Shown: one piece after another, positions 62,802 to 64,000 of the stretch
How the letters are laid out: each line of letters starts with the position of its first letter
Position numbering within the stretch: position 1 is the stretch's first letter
Assembly (NCBI RefSeq): GCF_018977255.1
Contig: NW_024704743.1
Coordinates: 40,984,001 to 41,048,000 of the forward strand
Reading direction: 5' to 3'
Length of the DNA: 64,000 nt
Source: Callorhinchus milii
Taxonomy: Eukaryota
The notes under the pieces: generated by a model
What the model was told of the DNA's origin: nothing
The model's input: the letters and a program-made list of their open reading frames with translations, nothing else
Database searches by the model: none
Translations under genes and position numbers: made by a program

Positions 62802-64000
62802 ACATGCTCATTGATAACCTCACTGTCATAAACAATAAACAGGTACTCAGTTGACTCTCCCACCAATCCCAATCTATTTTTAGTATAAAGTTTGTTGACA
62901 TCAATAAATATTAGCAAGTACATGAAATTAAATTATTATTTGTCTGACTGCGAGAGAGAACAGCACAATTGGAATAAGTGTGACATGATAAGAAGTGTTT
63001 CTTTAAGTCTTTGGGGTTTTGTCCATTCATATTTCATAAAAGGTTAGTGACTGGCTGACAAGTATAGGTATATTGTAATATAAATGTGCGTAAAGTGTTT
63101 GTGGTAATATGTACATTATGTATGGATGTAGTCTTTCACTGCCTCTACAGGTGTTTGTCAAGCTCACTCTGGAAGTCTCGAGCTGCTTGTAATGTTTCCT
63201 TCTGACTTCAGACATAGTCACAACTGGTTCCAAATATGAAATACGGATAAGTAGGAAACAAAAGAAAAGAAAAGTTAGGCAACATAAATTAACTACAAGA
63301 AGTCCAATGCCTTTCATGAAAATAATGTTCACCTACAAAATACACAGTTACAACGCTTTACAATGAATCATGTGAAGCGGCTTTAAATGTCCTCTCAACA
63401 CGAAAGCCACTGCATCAAATGCAAGGATTATTATTTTTGCAGTCAAATTTGTATTTATTGTACTTTACTAATACTAAAACACAGGTCTGCAAAAAGAAAA
63501 TCATGTATTATTAATCTAAGAAGATGTTTGTAAGAAAGGGGCATTTACAAATACAAATATTTACAATTTAAATAAAACCACAGACTTAAATATTTTCCAG
63601 TGCGATTGGTTTTTCACTTTCCCTACCAATAATTGTATCCATTGGGTGGTGAGAGGGGAGAATCTGTGAACTAATTTCTTAAAATATTATGAAGGTCTCC
63701 AAAGCCATGTACGAATACACATTAAACAGTTCTTTCAAGGTAGAAGATCAAAAGAATTTTTCATCAAAGACTTTTGGAAACAGAGTTTCATCCTTGATGT
63801 GTGCTGCTTCTTATTGAAAAGATGGGCAAGTTACTTAGATGTCTCATAAGTAAAATGCATTTTAGTAAACCTTGGCCTTAAATGTAGCTGCTGTTAATTA
63901 ATATAAATTTGGCCTTAATCCAGAAATGATACACTGAAAGATACGGGGAAGCAAAGAATAAATATCACCTGTTTTCCGTTAAAGAAAGATGGAGCACGAT

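Noticed and set aside
1..64000. CRISPR array, operons, rRNA or viral genes
   Set aside because: No regularly spaced repeat-spacer structure or gene-dense region; recurring short motifs are SINE/LINE tails.

Overview
This is AT-rich, CpG-depleted vertebrate genomic DNA. It is most likely from a cartilaginous fish, probably a chimaera/elephant-shark-like holocephalan; that is inferred only from my recognition of the repeat families. I see no intact protein-coding gene: almost every long ORF in the track is a frame or antisense frame of a decayed L2 or CR1 LINE. The window is dominated by (i) two L2-clade LINE subfamilies ('A' and 'B', told apart by their 3' tails), including one ~3 kb copy spanning the endonuclease and RT domains; (ii) a young tRNA-Ala-derived SINE with a Deu-type 3' core and an L2-type 3' stem-loop, plus an older DeuSINE (SacSINE1/AmnSINE1-like); (iii) CR1 remnants, two candidate MITEs and an unclassified ~270-bp repeat. 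In the repeat-poor stretches there are four candidate minus-strand exons, three of them closed in all frames. They suggest the window lies in the introns of a spliced 5' leader or a lncRNA that I cannot name. I did not find a convincing new biological system. The best leads are the putative non-coding exon chain, the modular SINE/L2 partnership, recurrent insertions into the 3' hairpin, tail-outward fused pairs, and the unclassified repeat. Repeat boundaries are by eye (about +/-20 bp unless a TSD is given).
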